Below, piece by piece: positions 39,884 to 51,819 of a DNA stretch of 64,000 bases (positions within the stretch are counted from its first letter, which is position 1; each line of letters opens with the position of its first letter). Below the pieces are notes generated by a model that made no database searches, was not told where the DNA came from, and saw nothing but the letters and a program-made list of their open reading frames with translations. Made by a program: the position numbers and the translations under genes. This DNA is from Gammaproteobacteria bacterium (GTDB lineage Bacteria; Pseudomonadota; Gammaproteobacteria; UBA4575), in assembly GCA_965243395.1 (NCBI GenBank), contig CBDEUS010000002.1, forward strand, positions 576,001 to 640,000, in the 5' to 3' direction.

Positions 39884-40652
39884 TTACTATGTTACCTGGG
39901 TCTTGTACCTCTAAACGTGCACCAACCGGCTGATTAGGGAGCATAAGTGTATCGATCAGTGATTTATTCACAAGATAGTCTTTTGGGCTAAATCGACGCA
40001 TGGCAACTTTTTGTCCCTGAGTATCCAATAATGAAATTTGTAATTGTGGATAAGGTTGTGCGGTCTGTGCTTGATTTACAAACGAAACAGTGATCATCAA
40101 AGCTTTTTTAGCATTAGGGTGCGTGTAAATATTACGATTCAAAATTTTTATTGCATCTAAATTACCTTTATCGTCGTCTCCACATCCAAAGGGTTTACAA
40201 AAGTTGTTTATCCACGTGCGTGGCAATAGATCGACGTTTTGCCAGTAACTAATTTGACCAAGAAGAAATAGTGCCAAAGCAATAGCGCCTAATGTAAAAA
40301 CAGCAATTTGCACGGAGCTATTACTTTTACTCAGCACATTACCGCCAAAATCATCACGGATTACGGTAGGTATAGCCTCAGTTTCAATCAGTTCGTCTTC
40401 GTCCTCAAAATTCTCTACCTCTGTGTCTTTCCGCTCTTCATTGCTGAAGTCTTGCTTATCATCTATGTTTGTTTGTTCTTCATAGTCTTGTTGGGCATAA
40501 CTTTCTTCGACTGGATCCTGACCTTCTTCAATATTTTCACGGCCATCAAAAACCGCATCACAAATTCCACAACGTACTAAGCCGTCAGCCATCCCGAGCT
40601 GTTCTTCGGTGACACGGAAGATGGCTCGACACTCAGGACATTTCGTAAACAT
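39858..40652 (-). CDS. Zinc-ribbon and DUF3426 domain membrane protein
   Basis: TKCPEC..FRV...GLVRCGIC..VF zinc ribbon, acidic linker, one TM, RRFSPKDYL; usual prmA-dusB position. Confidence 0.9.
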   Translation of the reverse strand: MFTKCPECRAIFRVTEEQLGMADGLVRCGICDAVFDGRENIEEGQDPVEESYAQQDYEEQTNIDDKQDFSNEERKDTEVENFEDEDELIETEAIPTVIRDDFGGNVLSKSNSSVQIAVFTLGAIALALFLLGQISYWQNVDLLPRTWINNFCKPFGCGDDDKGNLDAIKILNRNIYTHPNAKKALMITVSFVNQAQTAQPYPQLQISLLDTQGQKVAMRRFSPKDYLVNKSLIDTLMLPNQPVGARLEVQDPGNIVIAYEFEFF

Positions 40653-40663
40653 GGAAGTTAAGT

Positions 40664-41533
40664 TTAAGAGGGTGAGGCTTCAATCAATAACCATTCTTTT
40701 TTCGAGTGAATAACATCAAACTTAAAATACGATTGATAAGACTTTTCTAGCTGTACAAGCTGTTCTTCAAGTATACCGGATAAAATTAGCTTGCCTTCAG
40801 GTGAAGCACATCTTGCAAATTGCTCGCGTAAACTAATTAACGGCTTTAATAAAATATTAGCAATGATTACATCACAATTGAGCTGATTCGGTGAGCTACC
40901 TAAGTTAATTTCTAAAACCTTGTCGTCGACTTGATTCTTTTCGGCATTCATTTGTGTAGCCTGAATCGCTTGAGGGTCATGGTCAATAGCATAGACTCTG
41001 CGTGCGCCCAGGTAGTACGCCGCAATGGATAAAATACCTGAACCGCAACCAAAATCCATAACACATTTGTCTTGAATTGAATATTTCGTTAACCAATCTA
41101 GACACAACGATGTGGTGGCATGACTACCGGTACCAAATGCAAGTCCGGGATCAAGTCGTATGTTAATCGCAAATGGGTCTGGGCAAGTTATAGGGGTTGG
41201 GCAAATCCATAAGCGTTCGCCAAAATGCATGGCTTGTAAGTTTTGTATCCATTTATTTTGCTGATCTTGTGCATCTATTTGTTGTTTATCTAGTTCAATT
41301 GCATTGTTTAAGACGTATTCTAATTTTTTTTGTAAATCAAGTTCATCAATGTTGCCGGTAAACAATGCTTTTAGAGTAACGTTTTGCCATAAAGGCATAG
41401 AATCTACTTGTTCAATAAAAACAGCATTATCTTCAGCATCTTCTAGACTAATAGAGACTGAACCAAAGTTTTCAAGCAAAATTTCTGCAGCAATTGTTTG
41501 AGTGCGATGCAAACGAATACTGATTTCAAACAC
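40664..41533 (-). CDS. prmA: Ribosomal protein L11 methyltransferase
   Basis: LDPGLAFGTGSHATT, DFGCGSGIL, ANIL, LSGIL. Confidence 0.96.
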   Translation of the reverse strand: MFEISIRLHRTQTIAAEILLENFGSVSISLEDAEDNAVFIEQVDSMPLWQNVTLKALFTGNIDELDLQKKLEYVLNNAIELDKQQIDAQDQQNKWIQNLQAMHFGERLWICPTPITCPDPFAINIRLDPGLAFGTGSHATTSLCLDWLTKYSIQDKCVMDFGCGSGILSIAAYYLGARRVYAIDHDPQAIQATQMNAEKNQVDDKVLEINLGSSPNQLNCDVIIANILLKPLISLREQFARCASPEGKLILSGILEEQLVQLEKSYQSYFKFDVIHSKKEWLLIEASPS

Positions 41534-41578
41534 AATTAAAAGGTGTTTGTGCTTAAGGGTTATTAATAAGCAAAGCCG

Positions 41579-42916
41579 TTATGAAAGCTTTGACTGGAGA
41601 TAATGGATATTATGTTTTGCATTTACGAAGGTATCATCCACCATGAGATCTTGTAACAAGGGTATGTTGGTTGTTATGCCATCGATCACGATTTCATGCA
41701 GGGCACCACGCATGCGCGTCAAAGCACCTTCTCGGCTATGCCCAATCGCACAGAGCTTGCCAATCATCGAGTCATAGTAGGGCGGGACGTTGTAGCCATT
41801 ATATAGATGTGTATCCACACGTATGCCGGGCCCTCCCGGGCAATGGAAATGACTAATTTTCCCGGGACAAGGGATAAATTTATATGGATCTTCAGCATTG
41901 ATACGGCATTCAATGGCATGTCCACGAATTTTAATGTCATCCTGAGCAAAGGTAAGTTTTTCGCCTGATGCGATCAAAAGTTGTTGTTTAACGATATCAA
42001 TACCCGTGATCATTTCAGTGACAGGATGTTCTACCTGCACACGCGTATTCATTTCTATGAAATAGAATTCGCCATTTGCATATAAAAATTCAAACGTACC
42101 TGCGCCTCGATACCCAATTTGTCGACATGCTTCGGTAATAACTGAACCAATTTGTTCGCGTTGTTCTGGAGTAATACCAAATGCGGGGGCTTCTTCAATG
42201 ACTTTTTGATTGCGACGTTGCATGGAACAATCGCGTTCACATAAGTGAATGGCATTGCCGTGCGTATCGGCTAAGACTTGAAACTCAACATGGCGGGGTT
42301 CTTCTAAAAACTTTTCCATAAACAAACGATCATCATTGAACGCTGCACCCGCTTCAGTTTTCGTTAAAGAGACTGCCTCAGTGAGTTCGTCTTCTCTGTG
42401 CACCACACGCATACCACGACCACCGCCACCTCCGGCCGCTTTGACCATGATGGGGAAACCAATTTCTTGAGCTAATTGTTTAGCACGATCCATATCATCA
42501 CCAATGGGTTCAGCGGTACCCGGCACACATGGAACACCCGCTGCTTCCATTGCTCGTTTAGCCGCAATCTTATCGCCCATCATGCGAATGGTTTCTGACT
42601 TAGGGCCAATAAAAATAAAACCACTGGACTCAACGACTTCAGCAAATTCTGCATTTTCGGATAGAAAACCATAACCCGGGTGTATAGCCGTGGCATCGGT
42701 AACTTCGGCAGCACTAATAATTGCGGGTATATTTAAATAACTTTCTGTAGAAGCTGCAGGGCCTATACATACAGACTCATCTGCCATACCTACATGCATC
42801 AAATCTCGATCCGCCTCAGAATGTACCGCGACAGTTTTTATTTCCATATCACGACAAGCGCGTAAGATGCGCAATGCAATTTCGCCTCGGTTGGCTATAA
42901 CAACTTTTTCAAGCAT
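41579..42916 (-). CDS. accC: Acetyl-CoA carboxylase, biotin carboxylase subunit
   Basis: [43 protein letters not shown]. Confidence 0.98.
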   Translation of the reverse strand: MLEKVVIANRGEIALRILRACRDMEIKTVAVHSEADRDLMHVGMADESVCIGPAASTESYLNIPAIISAAEVTDATAIHPGYGFLSENAEFAEVVESSGFIFIGPKSETIRMMGDKIAAKRAMEAAGVPCVPGTAEPIGDDMDRAKQLAQEIGFPIMVKAAGGGGGRGMRVVHREDELTEAVSLTKTEAGAAFNDDRLFMEKFLEEPRHVEFQVLADTHGNAIHLCERDCSMQRRNQKVIEEAPAFGITPEQREQIGSVITEACRQIGYRGAGTFEFLYANGEFYFIEMNTRVQVEHPVTEMITGIDIVKQQLLIASGEKLTFAQDDIKIRGHAIECRINAEDPYKFIPCPGKISHFHCPGGPGIRVDTHLYNGYNVPPYYDSMIGKLCAIGHSREGALTRMRGALHEIVIDGITTNIPLLQDLMVDDTFVNAKHNIHYLQSKLS

Positions 42917-42921
42917 GGAAT

Positions 42922-43377
42922 TTATTCAATAATGAACAAGGTTTGGCCGAATTCAACCGGTTGTGCGTTTTCAACTAAAATGGCTTTAACAACACCGGCT
43001 TTATCAGCTTCGATTTGATTAAGCATTTTCATTGCTTCAATAATACAAAGAGTGTCACCAACACTTACACTTTTACCGACTTCTACAAAAGGGGCTTGGC
43101 CAGGAGCCGGTGCTTCATAAAAAGTGCCCACCATAGGAGAATCTACGCTATGTCCACTTGGAACATCACTACTGGCTTCAGGCACAACAGTTTCTGGTGC
43201 AGCAGGTACAACTGGTGCAGTAGGTGCAGCAACTGGGGGCATCACAATATGATTTTGGCTGGCACTGCTTACGCCACGACTGATGCGTACGGATTCTTCA
43301 CCCTCTTTAATTTCAATTTCAGCCACACCTGACTCTTCGAGCAGCTCTATAAGTTTTTTAACTTTACGTATATCCAT
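42922..43377 (-). CDS. accB: Biotin carboxyl carrier protein
   Basis: [25 protein letters not shown]. Confidence 0.98.
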   Translation of the reverse strand: MDIRKVKKLIELLEESGVAEIEIKEGEESVRISRGVSSASQNHIVMPPVAAPTAPVVPAAPETVVPEASSDVPSGHSVDSPMVGTFYEAPAPGQAPFVEVGKSVSVGDTLCIIEAMKMLNQIEADKAGVVKAILVENAQPVEFGQTLFIIE

Positions 43378-43435
43378 GATTGTCTCTTATCTGTGATTTA
43401 CGATTGATAGTGAATACATAACGACGCGTAATTTT

Positions 43436-43876
43436 TTATTTATTGAGTTTAAAATCTGCAGCCTCAACCGCGAGCTCATAACCTTTAGCACCCATACCTG
43501 ATATCACACCAATTGCAATGTCGGAAAGAAATGAGTGTTGACGAAACTCTTCGCGTGAAAACACATTCGACAAGTGCAACTCAATAAAAGGAATATCGAC
43601 CCCTAATAATGCATCCCTTAATGCGATACTGGTATGAGTAAAGGCACCTGGATTGAAAATGATCATATCCACACCATCTGTTTTAGCTTGATGAATACGA
43701 TTGACCAATTCATGTTCTGCGTTGCTTTGAAAGTCTTCTAAACTATGACCCAGATTCTTAGCAGAACTTTGAGCTCGCTTGATAACATCATCCAGGGTCT
43801 CATAGCCATACACTTCAGGCTCACGTTGCCCAAGTAAATTCAAATTAGGACCATTAAGTAAGAGCAATTTGTGCAT
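43436..43876 (-). CDS. aroQ: Type II 3-dehydroquinate dehydratase
   Basis: [34 protein letters not shown]. Confidence 0.97.
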   Translation of the reverse strand: MHKLLLLNGPNLNLLGQREPEVYGYETLDDVIKRAQSSAKNLGHSLEDFQSNAEHELVNRIHQAKTDGVDMIIFNPGAFTHTSIALRDALLGVDIPFIELHLSNVFSREEFRQHSFLSDIAIGVISGMGAKGYELAVEAADFKLNK

Positions 43877-44155
43877 ATTTGAGGCTATCTTGTCGCGAAT
43901 TGTTGCTAAAATGCTGAGTTATTATAGTAATTCGCCAGTGTACACGAAAGCTCAGATGAATCTAGTTAATTTATCGTCTAAATTACACTTTTACAGATTT
44001 TCAACGAAGTTAGCCATAATTTGGCTATATTTTTAAAGAATTTAAGAACAATTTCAGCAAAAAGCGGTCTTAGTTAAGGCTCTGACTCGTTTATTGTAGT
44101 TATTTGAAAGCGAAGTAATTCAATGCATATCTTATTCAACTCTTGGTTTCGATAC

Positions 44156-44803
44156 ATGAAATTAAATATAGCTGTGCTTGGTGCTCTATTTTGTTTGCAT
44201 TCCTTTGCACATGCTGAGGAATCGGCTGAGCCGTCACAAACAGCACGTGCGGTTTTTGCAGGAGGGTGTTTTTGGTGCATGGAACCTCCGTTCGACAAAC
44301 TCGAAGGTGTGATAAGTACTACATCAGGATATACGGGCGGACATACTGAGAACCCAACCTATAAGCAAGTATCTTCTGACACTACTGGTCATTTTGAAGC
44401 TGTTGAAATCATTTATGACACAGAGAAAATTAATTATGAAACCCTACTCAATGTATTTTGGCATAACATTGATCCTTTAGATCCTTATGGACAGTTTTGC
44501 GATAAAGGAGAAAGTTATCGCACAGCCATTTTTTATTTGAACGATCAACAAAAAGAATTAGCCAATACATCTGTAAGCAAGATTGTAGCATCAGATTATT
44601 TTGAGTCACCCATTGTGACCGAAGTTTTACCAGCAAAAACTTTTTATCCGGCCGAAGATTATCACCAAGACTATTACGAAAAGAATCCTCTTCGTTATAA
44701 GTACTATCGATTTGCGTGTGGACGCGATAATCGCCTTGAGGAATTATGGGGAGAATCTGCAGGTAAAAGTGGAGAGCTGTTACCAACTGTAGAACAAAAC
44801 TGA
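44156..44803 (+). CDS. msrA: Peptide-methionine (S)-S-oxide reductase, exported
   Basis: GGCFWCME, SGYTGG, AEDYHQDYY; signal peptide MKLNIAV...FAHA from the ATG at 44156. Confidence 0.93.
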   Translation: MKLNIAVLGALFCLHSFAHAEESAEPSQTARAVFAGGCFWCMEPPFDKLEGVISTTSGYTGGHTENPTYKQVSSDTTGHFEAVEIIYDTEKINYETLLNVFWHNIDPLDPYGQFCDKGESYRTAIFYLNDQQKELANTSVSKIVASDYFESPIVTEVLPAKTFYPAEDYHQDYYEKNPLRYKYYRFACGRDNRLEELWGESAGKSGELLPTVEQN

Positions 44804-44815
44804 CAACTTATTACT

Positions 44816-44839
44816 TGATAGTTTTTAATAAAACTATCA
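44816..44839. terminator. Hairpin between convergent genes
   Basis: TGATAGTTTT-TAAT-AAAACTATCA. Confidence 0.55.
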
Positions 44840-44879
44840 GCTACTCTGCTTGTATTGAAGTAAAGTTAGTTAATTTAAA

Positions 44880-45413
44880 TTAATAAAGTGTTACCACTTT
44901 GTCATTGACAAATGTGTAGCGTGGTTGTTTGTACCAACCATAAAGTAATGCTTTTCGCGGCTCTTTATGTATTTTTTCTTTGTAGATTCTAAGTTCCCCA
45001 TTCACTGGACTCATCCAAAAATCTAAGTCGTACAGTTTTTTACGCTCCCCCACTACATGAAAATCAGTACATGCAAAATAAGTGTTACTGTTAATAACAC
45101 GTACAGGGTCGTGAATTTTTACAAATTTTAATTCCAGGACCTCACCTGTTTTTTCATCACGCATACGAAAGATTCCATTTTCATCTACTCGGTCTGCGAG
45201 ATGGATATCCATCGCTTTTTTAATGTCTTCCACATAAAATTTAGGTGGGCTTTTATCAGTAGTTTCAGGCGGTCTACTATGCTCAATATTATATTGTTCA
45301 CCGATGTTCTCATCAGTGGCATGAAGATTAAATGCGAACCCTAAGGTTAGCCATATTAGGGGAAGAGTGACTAAATATTTTAATAATTTATATTTTAAAA
45401 TTAGAGTCCGCAT
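44880..45413 (-). CDS. Exported hypothetical protein
   Basis: Signal-like N-terminus; conserved-looking motifs KIHDPVR, YFACTDF, YDLDFW. Confidence 0.75.
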   Translation of the reverse strand: MRTLILKYKLLKYLVTLPLIWLTLGFAFNLHATDENIGEQYNIEHSRPPETTDKSPPKFYVEDIKKAMDIHLADRVDENGIFRMRDEKTGEVLELKFVKIHDPVRVINSNTYFACTDFHVVGERKKLYDLDFWMSPVNGELRIYKEKIHKEPRKALLYGWYKQPRYTFVNDKVVTLY

Positions 45414-45438
45414 TTGATTATTTCCTTATCGCAGGTTG

Positions 45439-45672
45439 TTAATTGCTTTCAGCGGCTTCGCCGGCATGCTCAGCTTTCTCGCCTGCATGCTCTTTCTTTT
45501 CAGCAGCTTCTCCTGCATGTTCCTTCTTTTCTTCAGCAGCATCACCCGCATGTTCAGCTTTCTCGCCTGCATGCTCTTTTTTCTCTGCGTTTTTACCTGC
45601 GTGCTCTCCAGCGTAGGCAACTACTAAAAAGGTAGACAAAAATATAGCGGTTAGTAGTTTAAAAAATTTCAT
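45439..45672 (-). CDS. Small secreted EHAG-repeat protein
   Basis: RBS AGGAG upstream; signal peptide ending VAYA; six EHAG repeats in an E/K/A-rich mature chain. Confidence 0.8.
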   Translation of the reverse strand: MKFFKLLTAIFLSTFLVVAYAGEHAGKNAEKKEHAGEKAEHAGDAAEEKKEHAGEAAEKKEHAGEKAEHAGEAAESN

Positions 45673-45738
45673 TGTATTACTCCTGTTTAGTTCATCTGTT
45701 TTATAAAAGATTGATTAAAATTAATCCTAATTTAACAA

Positions 45739-46593
45739 CTAGGGTTTGCTTTGGTTTCGTGCTTTTTCGACAACACGTTCATAAGCAAGGTTCTGGTTAC
45801 GAGAACGAAAAGGCTCTAGTAACCATGCCATCGGTGAAAAACATAACTCACGTGCCTCGGGTAGCCCTAATGCATCTATAGGCTTAGTAGTGGCTCCATC
45901 TTCCTCTGGCTGAGAATAAGTGCCAAATAGTCGATCCCAAATACTCAAGATGGTTGAAAAGTTTGCATCACCATAGCGTCTGTCTACTGCATGATGTGAA
46001 GCGTGAAATCTTGGGGTTACGATAATCCACGATAGCCATTTTTCAATCCAATTAGGAAAATCGATATTGCTATGATGAAACTGTGCGCACAAACTAATTA
46101 GAGCCTCGAATAAAAACCATGCCACAACCGTTGGACCCCAAATTACAACCCACGTTGCCTTAACAAGACCAGAAACAATTAATTCAGTTGGATGAAAGCG
46201 TAACGCTGTAGTGACATCCATGGCCGTATCTGAGTGATGAGCCTTATGAAAGCGCCATAAAATGGGTACTCGGTGATTGGCGCGATGCCAAATATAATCG
46301 AAGAAATCGAGTACTATGATTGACAAGATTATTTCTGTCCAACCGTAAATCTCCAGCCAACGTGAGATACCCCAACCTTCTTCTTCTACATATACCACCC
46401 AAAGTAAAAAAGGTACGTAAACAAGAATTCGAATAACAACTGTATTTAAGGCCGCTATGCTTCCGTGAAAAGCGATACGTTTCAGTCGTGAGTCTTGCCA
46501 CTCACGCGTTGGAAATAAAGTTTCTATCAGCAGGAATAAAAATAGTCCTCCAAGAAAGACAATTAGCTTACCGGTGTCTAAATTGATCTCCAT
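45739..46593 (-). CDS. Sterol desaturase / fatty acid hydroxylase family protein
   Basis: His boxes HRANH, HKAHH, FHH, HASHH; WDRLFGTY. Confidence 0.9.
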   Translation of the reverse strand: MEINLDTGKLIVFLGGLFLFLLIETLFPTREWQDSRLKRIAFHGSIAALNTVVIRILVYVPFLLWVVYVEEEGWGISRWLEIYGWTEIILSIIVLDFFDYIWHRANHRVPILWRFHKAHHSDTAMDVTTALRFHPTELIVSGLVKATWVVIWGPTVVAWFLFEALISLCAQFHHSNIDFPNWIEKWLSWIIVTPRFHASHHAVDRRYGDANFSTILSIWDRLFGTYSQPEEDGATTKPIDALGLPEARELCFSPMAWLLEPFRSRNQNLAYERVVEKARNQSKP

Positions 46594-46677
46594 GTGACTA
46601 CTATAAGTTAAAAGTTATTATTCAGAAATTGAAAAATAGGGCACCAAACCTCAGGTATAGTACGGCCCATCTACACT

Positions 46678-46705
46678 AGACCGCTGAGATTACTTTTAGC
46701 TTACA
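46678..46705 (-). promoter_or_regulatory. Candidate ECF sigma promoter TGTAAG-N16-CGGTCT
   Basis: Minus strand reads TGTAAG ctaaaagtaatctcag CGGTCT, 85 nt upstream of the desaturase start. Confidence 0.4.
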
Positions 46706-46715
46706 GAAAATATGG

Positions 46716-46732
46716 CCACAATCATATTGTGG
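46716..46732. terminator. Hairpin after dsbD
   Basis: CCACAAT-CAT-ATTGTGG, followed on the minus strand by CCATATTTT. Confidence 0.4.
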
Positions 46733-46747
46733 TTAAAATAGGATCAA

Positions 46748-48646
46748 TCAGTTGTTTAAAGCAATTCTTCCAGTCTGCTTAAAGTTTTCAATATGTGCAG
46801 AAAACTTTCCAGCATCCATAAAACCCACTACACGGAAGTTACGCAGTTCATTCCCTGACGGGTCATAGAATAAAATTGCCGGAGGACCAAACAAGCCAAG
46901 CTCTTTTAGTAAGGCTTTATCAACGTCGTCATTTTTTGTTACATCGGCTTGTAGCATTACAAAATTATTCAACGATTTTTGTACACCACCATCACTAAAC
47001 GTGAATGCTTCCATCTCTTTACAAGAAATACACCAATCGGCATAAAAATCTAACATCACGGGACGACCTTCTTTAGCCGCCTGGTTTAGCGCAGTTTGCA
47101 GCCCATCCAAACCTTTAATTTGCTGAAAGGGAAGCGCATGTTTAGAACTTGTACTAGAATGCGCGGCATCGTTACTCGCAATTTGCTGAGTACCTGCAAT
47201 TCCTTGTAGTGGTTGTAACAAGCTATGACTCCCTCCTGCGGCACCAATGACTAAAATTGCACCGTATACCAAAGAGATTAATCCCATACCTTTCCAAAGT
47301 TTCGACCAACCGGATGCACCTTCTTTGATTGCATCTAACGCACCTAAGTAAATCGCAGAAACAATCAGTAATGCTCCGCTAAGCAATAAAATAATCGGTG
47401 CTGGTAAAATTCGCTCTAACATCCAAATTGCTAATGCGAGTAATAGCACACCAAACACCGCTTTGACGGCATCCATCCAAGGCCCTGCTTTGGGTAAAAC
47501 TTTTCCTGCTGACGTACCGATTGCTAATAGTGGCGCGCCCATTCCCATGCTTAAGGAAAATAAAGCCACTCCTCCTACCAATGCGTCGCCCGTTTCGGCA
47601 ATGTAAATTAAAGCGCCAATGAGTGGTGCAGTAACACAAGGACCTACAATCAGAGCCGATAACAATCCCATGATTCCTGCACCCACATACGAACCTTGTT
47701 CTTGATTTGAACTAATGCTGTTTAGTTTTGACTGAATACCACTTGGCATTTGTAACTCATAAAAACCAAACATCGCGAGTGAGAGCAATACAAAGATCCC
47801 AGCAAACACACTAATCACCCAAGGGTTTTGAAACCATATTTGTATGTTTTCACCTGATAAACCGACAATTACTCCTGCGATGGTATAGGTCACTGCCATC
47901 GCTAACACATAAACCAGTGATAAAGAAAATGCTTTAGAGGTTGAGATCTCTTCACCCTGTCCGACAATAATGCTGGAAAGAATAGGAATCATTGGAAATA
48001 CACAAGGTGTAAACGCAAGTAGTAAACCTAAACCGAAGAAAAAGAAAACCGTAAACCAAAGTTTTCCAGACGCTAAGGTGCCAGCAATTTTATCCTGCTC
48101 AGACTGAAATTCAGTTCCTGTTGAAGAAGGACTTCCAACTCCATCGTCACTATCACTTACAGACGTAAGATTAGTTGTGGTTGAATCTAAATTTACGCGC
48201 AACGTTTTAGTAATCGGTGGATAACATAATCCAGCCTTAGCACAGCCCTGATATTTAAAAATTAAATCAACTGCACCCTCATTACTCGCTAAATGCGTTA
48301 TTGGAATTTCTGCATTAAATTCATGATCAATACTTACAATAAGTCCAAAATATTCGTCTTCTTTTTCTTCACCTTCTGGTAAGGGTAATTCACCCAGTTT
48401 GATTTGGGATTCATCGGCTGGCGTAACACTAATTTTGTCTTTATAAAGATAGTATCCATCTTGAATGAGCCAATTAGTTTTAATAGTACCTGCATCACCC
48501 AGTTTAGCGGTTACTACGAATGCAACATCCGGGTCTAAAAATTCTTCTTCTTCGTCGCCACTTAAACTAGAAAGTGCATTACCTGCTAATGCTGAAGAAC
48601 TGAAAAATGCAAAAAGTAAAAGTAACGATATGCGTAAAAAATTCAT
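46748..48646 (-). CDS. dsbD: Thiol:disulfide interchange protein DsbD
   Basis: YQGCAKAGLCYPP, FTPCVFPM, GPCVTAPL, ADWCISCKE. Start placed at ATG 48646, which overlaps the cutA stop (ATGA). Confidence 0.96.
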   Translation of the reverse strand: MNFLRISLLLLFAFFSSSALAGNALSSLSGDEEEEFLDPDVAFVVTAKLGDAGTIKTNWLIQDGYYLYKDKISVTPADESQIKLGELPLPEGEEKEDEYFGLIVSIDHEFNAEIPITHLASNEGAVDLIFKYQGCAKAGLCYPPITKTLRVNLDSTTTNLTSVSDSDDGVGSPSSTGTEFQSEQDKIAGTLASGKLWFTVFFFFGLGLLLAFTPCVFPMIPILSSIIVGQGEEISTSKAFSLSLVYVLAMAVTYTIAGVIVGLSGENIQIWFQNPWVISVFAGIFVLLSLAMFGFYELQMPSGIQSKLNSISSNQEQGSYVGAGIMGLLSALIVGPCVTAPLIGALIYIAETGDALVGGVALFSLSMGMGAPLLAIGTSAGKVLPKAGPWMDAVKAVFGVLLLALAIWMLERILPAPIILLLSGALLIVSAIYLGALDAIKEGASGWSKLWKGMGLISLVYGAILVIGAAGGSHSLLQPLQGIAGTQQIASNDAAHSSTSSKHALPFQQIKGLDGLQTALNQAAKEGRPVMLDFYADWCISCKEMEAFTFSDGGVQKSLNNFVMLQADVTKNDDVDKALLKELGLFGPPAILFYDPSGNELRNFRVVGFMDAGKFSAHIENFKQTGRIALNN

Positions 48647-48963
48647 GCTGTTGTGTTTGTTTCTAACCATGATAAAAATTCTTTTGAACCTTTAGTAATT
48701 TGAGTCGCTACAATCTCAGGAAGTTCGTATGGATGATGGCTTTTAATATATTCTTCAAGCGCTTGGTAGCGACTATCCATAGTCTTAATGACCGCCAAAT
48801 ACTCAGATTCCTTGCAGAGGTTATTTTCCCATATATATATAGATTGTCCTGCCGGTATTATATTTACACATGCCGCCAATTTTGCCTGCACCATTCCCTC
48901 TGCGAGCCGCTGAGCGGTGTCGATATCTGGAAAAGTGGTTAGCACGATGATTGGAAAGCCCAT
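48643..48963 (-). CDS. cutA: Divalent-cation tolerance protein CutA
   Basis: LAACVNI, SIYIW, HPYELPEI. Confidence 0.96.
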   Translation of the reverse strand: MGFPIIVLTTFPDIDTAQRLAEGMVQAKLAACVNIIPAGQSIYIWENNLCKESEYLAVIKTMDSRYQALEEYIKSHHPYELPEIVATQITKGSKEFLSWLETNTTA

Positions 48964-48995
48964 CTTTCAATACCTATCAATTGGTTTCAGGGTAA

Positions 48996-49541
48996 TTGTT
49001 GAAGTTTGGGTCAGTTGCCCCCATATTGCCAGTAAATCCCATAACGAGAAATGATATGCCACCAGTTCGTGTTCGAGTGTTTCCAATCTTATTTGCGTTG
49101 TTTTTGCTAATACCGATACTCGAGGTTTATTTACTGATTCAGGTAGCAAGCATCATTAATTGGCTGCCCACTATCGCACTGGTTGTATTAACCGCTGTAA
49201 TTGGGGCTTCCTTGCTGCGCAGTCAGGGTTTGCAGACTTATATACGTTTTAATCAGGCACTGAATGAAGGGCGTTTGCCCGCCAACGAGATTCTTGAAGG
49301 GGTCGCTTTGTTGATAGGGGGAGCACTGTTACTTACACCGGGTTTTTTTACAGATGCTATCGGTTTCTTTTGTTTGCTGCCCATCACGCGCAGACCCGTT
49401 GTTACGTTTTTAGTCAATCGATTCAACCCCTTAGCAAATATCAATGTAGGCTATTCAGCAGCAACTAGGAATCATTCCTCAAAAGGGCCATCAGGAAACA
49501 TCTATGAAGGTGAAGTGACCCAGCGACCCAAAGACAACTGA
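48996..49541 (+). CDS. fxsA: FxsA family membrane protein (true start probably further downstream)
   Basis: PILEVYLLI, RSQG, LLLTPGFFTD; usual position upstream of groES. Confidence 0.92.
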   Translation: MLKFGSVAPILPVNPITRNDMPPVRVRVFPILFALFLLIPILEVYLLIQVASIINWLPTIALVVLTAVIGASLLRSQGLQTYIRFNQALNEGRLPANEILEGVALLIGGALLLTPGFFTDAIGFFCLLPITRRPVVTFLVNRFNPLANINVGYSAATRNHSSKGPSGNIYEGEVTQRPKDN

Positions 49542-49566
49542 GCTACTAATAAAATCTATAAAATCC

Positions 49567-49594
49567 TTGACTTCAACATGCTCATTCGTATGAT
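49567..49594 (+). promoter_or_regulatory. Sigma70-like promoter of groESL
   Basis: TTGACT-N16-TATGAT directly abutting the CIRCE box. Confidence 0.55.
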
Positions 49595-49620
49595 TAGCAC
49601 TCATTAGGAGAGAGTGCTAA
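49594..49620 (+). promoter_or_regulatory. CIRCE element (HrcA operator)
   Basis: Perfect consensus TTAGCACTC-attaggaga-GAGTGCTAA, 62 nt upstream of groES. Confidence 0.96.
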
Positions 49621-49682
49621 CAAGAAAGCACCTAGAGATAAACTATTCAATTTTACAATTTAAGCTTATTTAGGAGGCGTCA

Positions 49683-49970
49683 ATGAAATTACGTCCTTTG
49701 CATGACCGAGTGGTCGTCAAACGTATGGAAGAGGAGCGCACGAGCCCGGGTGGGATCGTGATTCCAGACTCTGCAACCGAAAAACCTATCAAAGGCAAAG
49801 TGATTGCAGTGGGTAATGGCAAGGTTACCGACAGTGGAGATGTTCGAAAATTAGATGTTAAAAAAGGTGATGAAGTCCTGTTTGGAAAGTACTCCGGCAC
49901 TGAAGTCAAAGTTGACGGTGATGAATTATTAGTGATGCGTGAAGACGACATCATGGCCGTTATCGAATAA
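49683..49970 (+). CDS. groES: Co-chaperonin GroES
   Basis: [26 protein letters not shown]. Confidence 0.99.
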   Translation: MKLRPLHDRVVVKRMEEERTSPGGIVIPDSATEKPIKGKVIAVGNGKVTDSGDVRKLDVKKGDEVLFGKYSGTEVKVDGDELLVMREDDIMAVIE

Positions 49971-50015
49971 GCATCCTCAACAACATTTTAAATTAAAAGT
50001 TATTAACGCATTTAG

Positions 50016-51677
<1,662 letters not shown>

Positions 51678-51700
51678 TTTCTCTCATATACTCTCGTAGT

Positions 51701-51729
51701 AAAAGGCCTCGCTTTGCGAGGCCTTTTTT
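51701..51729 (+). terminator. Intrinsic terminator of groESL
   Basis: AAAAGGCCTCGC-TTT-GCGAGGCCTTTTTT. Confidence 0.93.
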
Positions 51730-51756
51730 ATGCACGCAGTAATTTCTATAAATAAA

Positions 51757-51799
51757 TTGCATCTTGTACCAATCGGTATATACTGTACCGATTGGTACA
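51757..51799 (+). promoter_or_regulatory. Promoter (TTGCAT-N16-TATACT) overlapped by twin TetR-type operators
   Basis: TGTACCAATCGGTATA (51765-51780) and TGTACCGATTGGTACA (51784-51799) flank the -10 box. Confidence 0.75.
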
Positions 51800-51819
51800 A
51801 TTAGAACAGGAAAGATCAA

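Noticed and set aside
45414-45635. Alternative-frame repetitive ORFs over the EHAG gene
   Set aside because: Only the EHAG frame has both a ribosome-binding site and a signal peptide.
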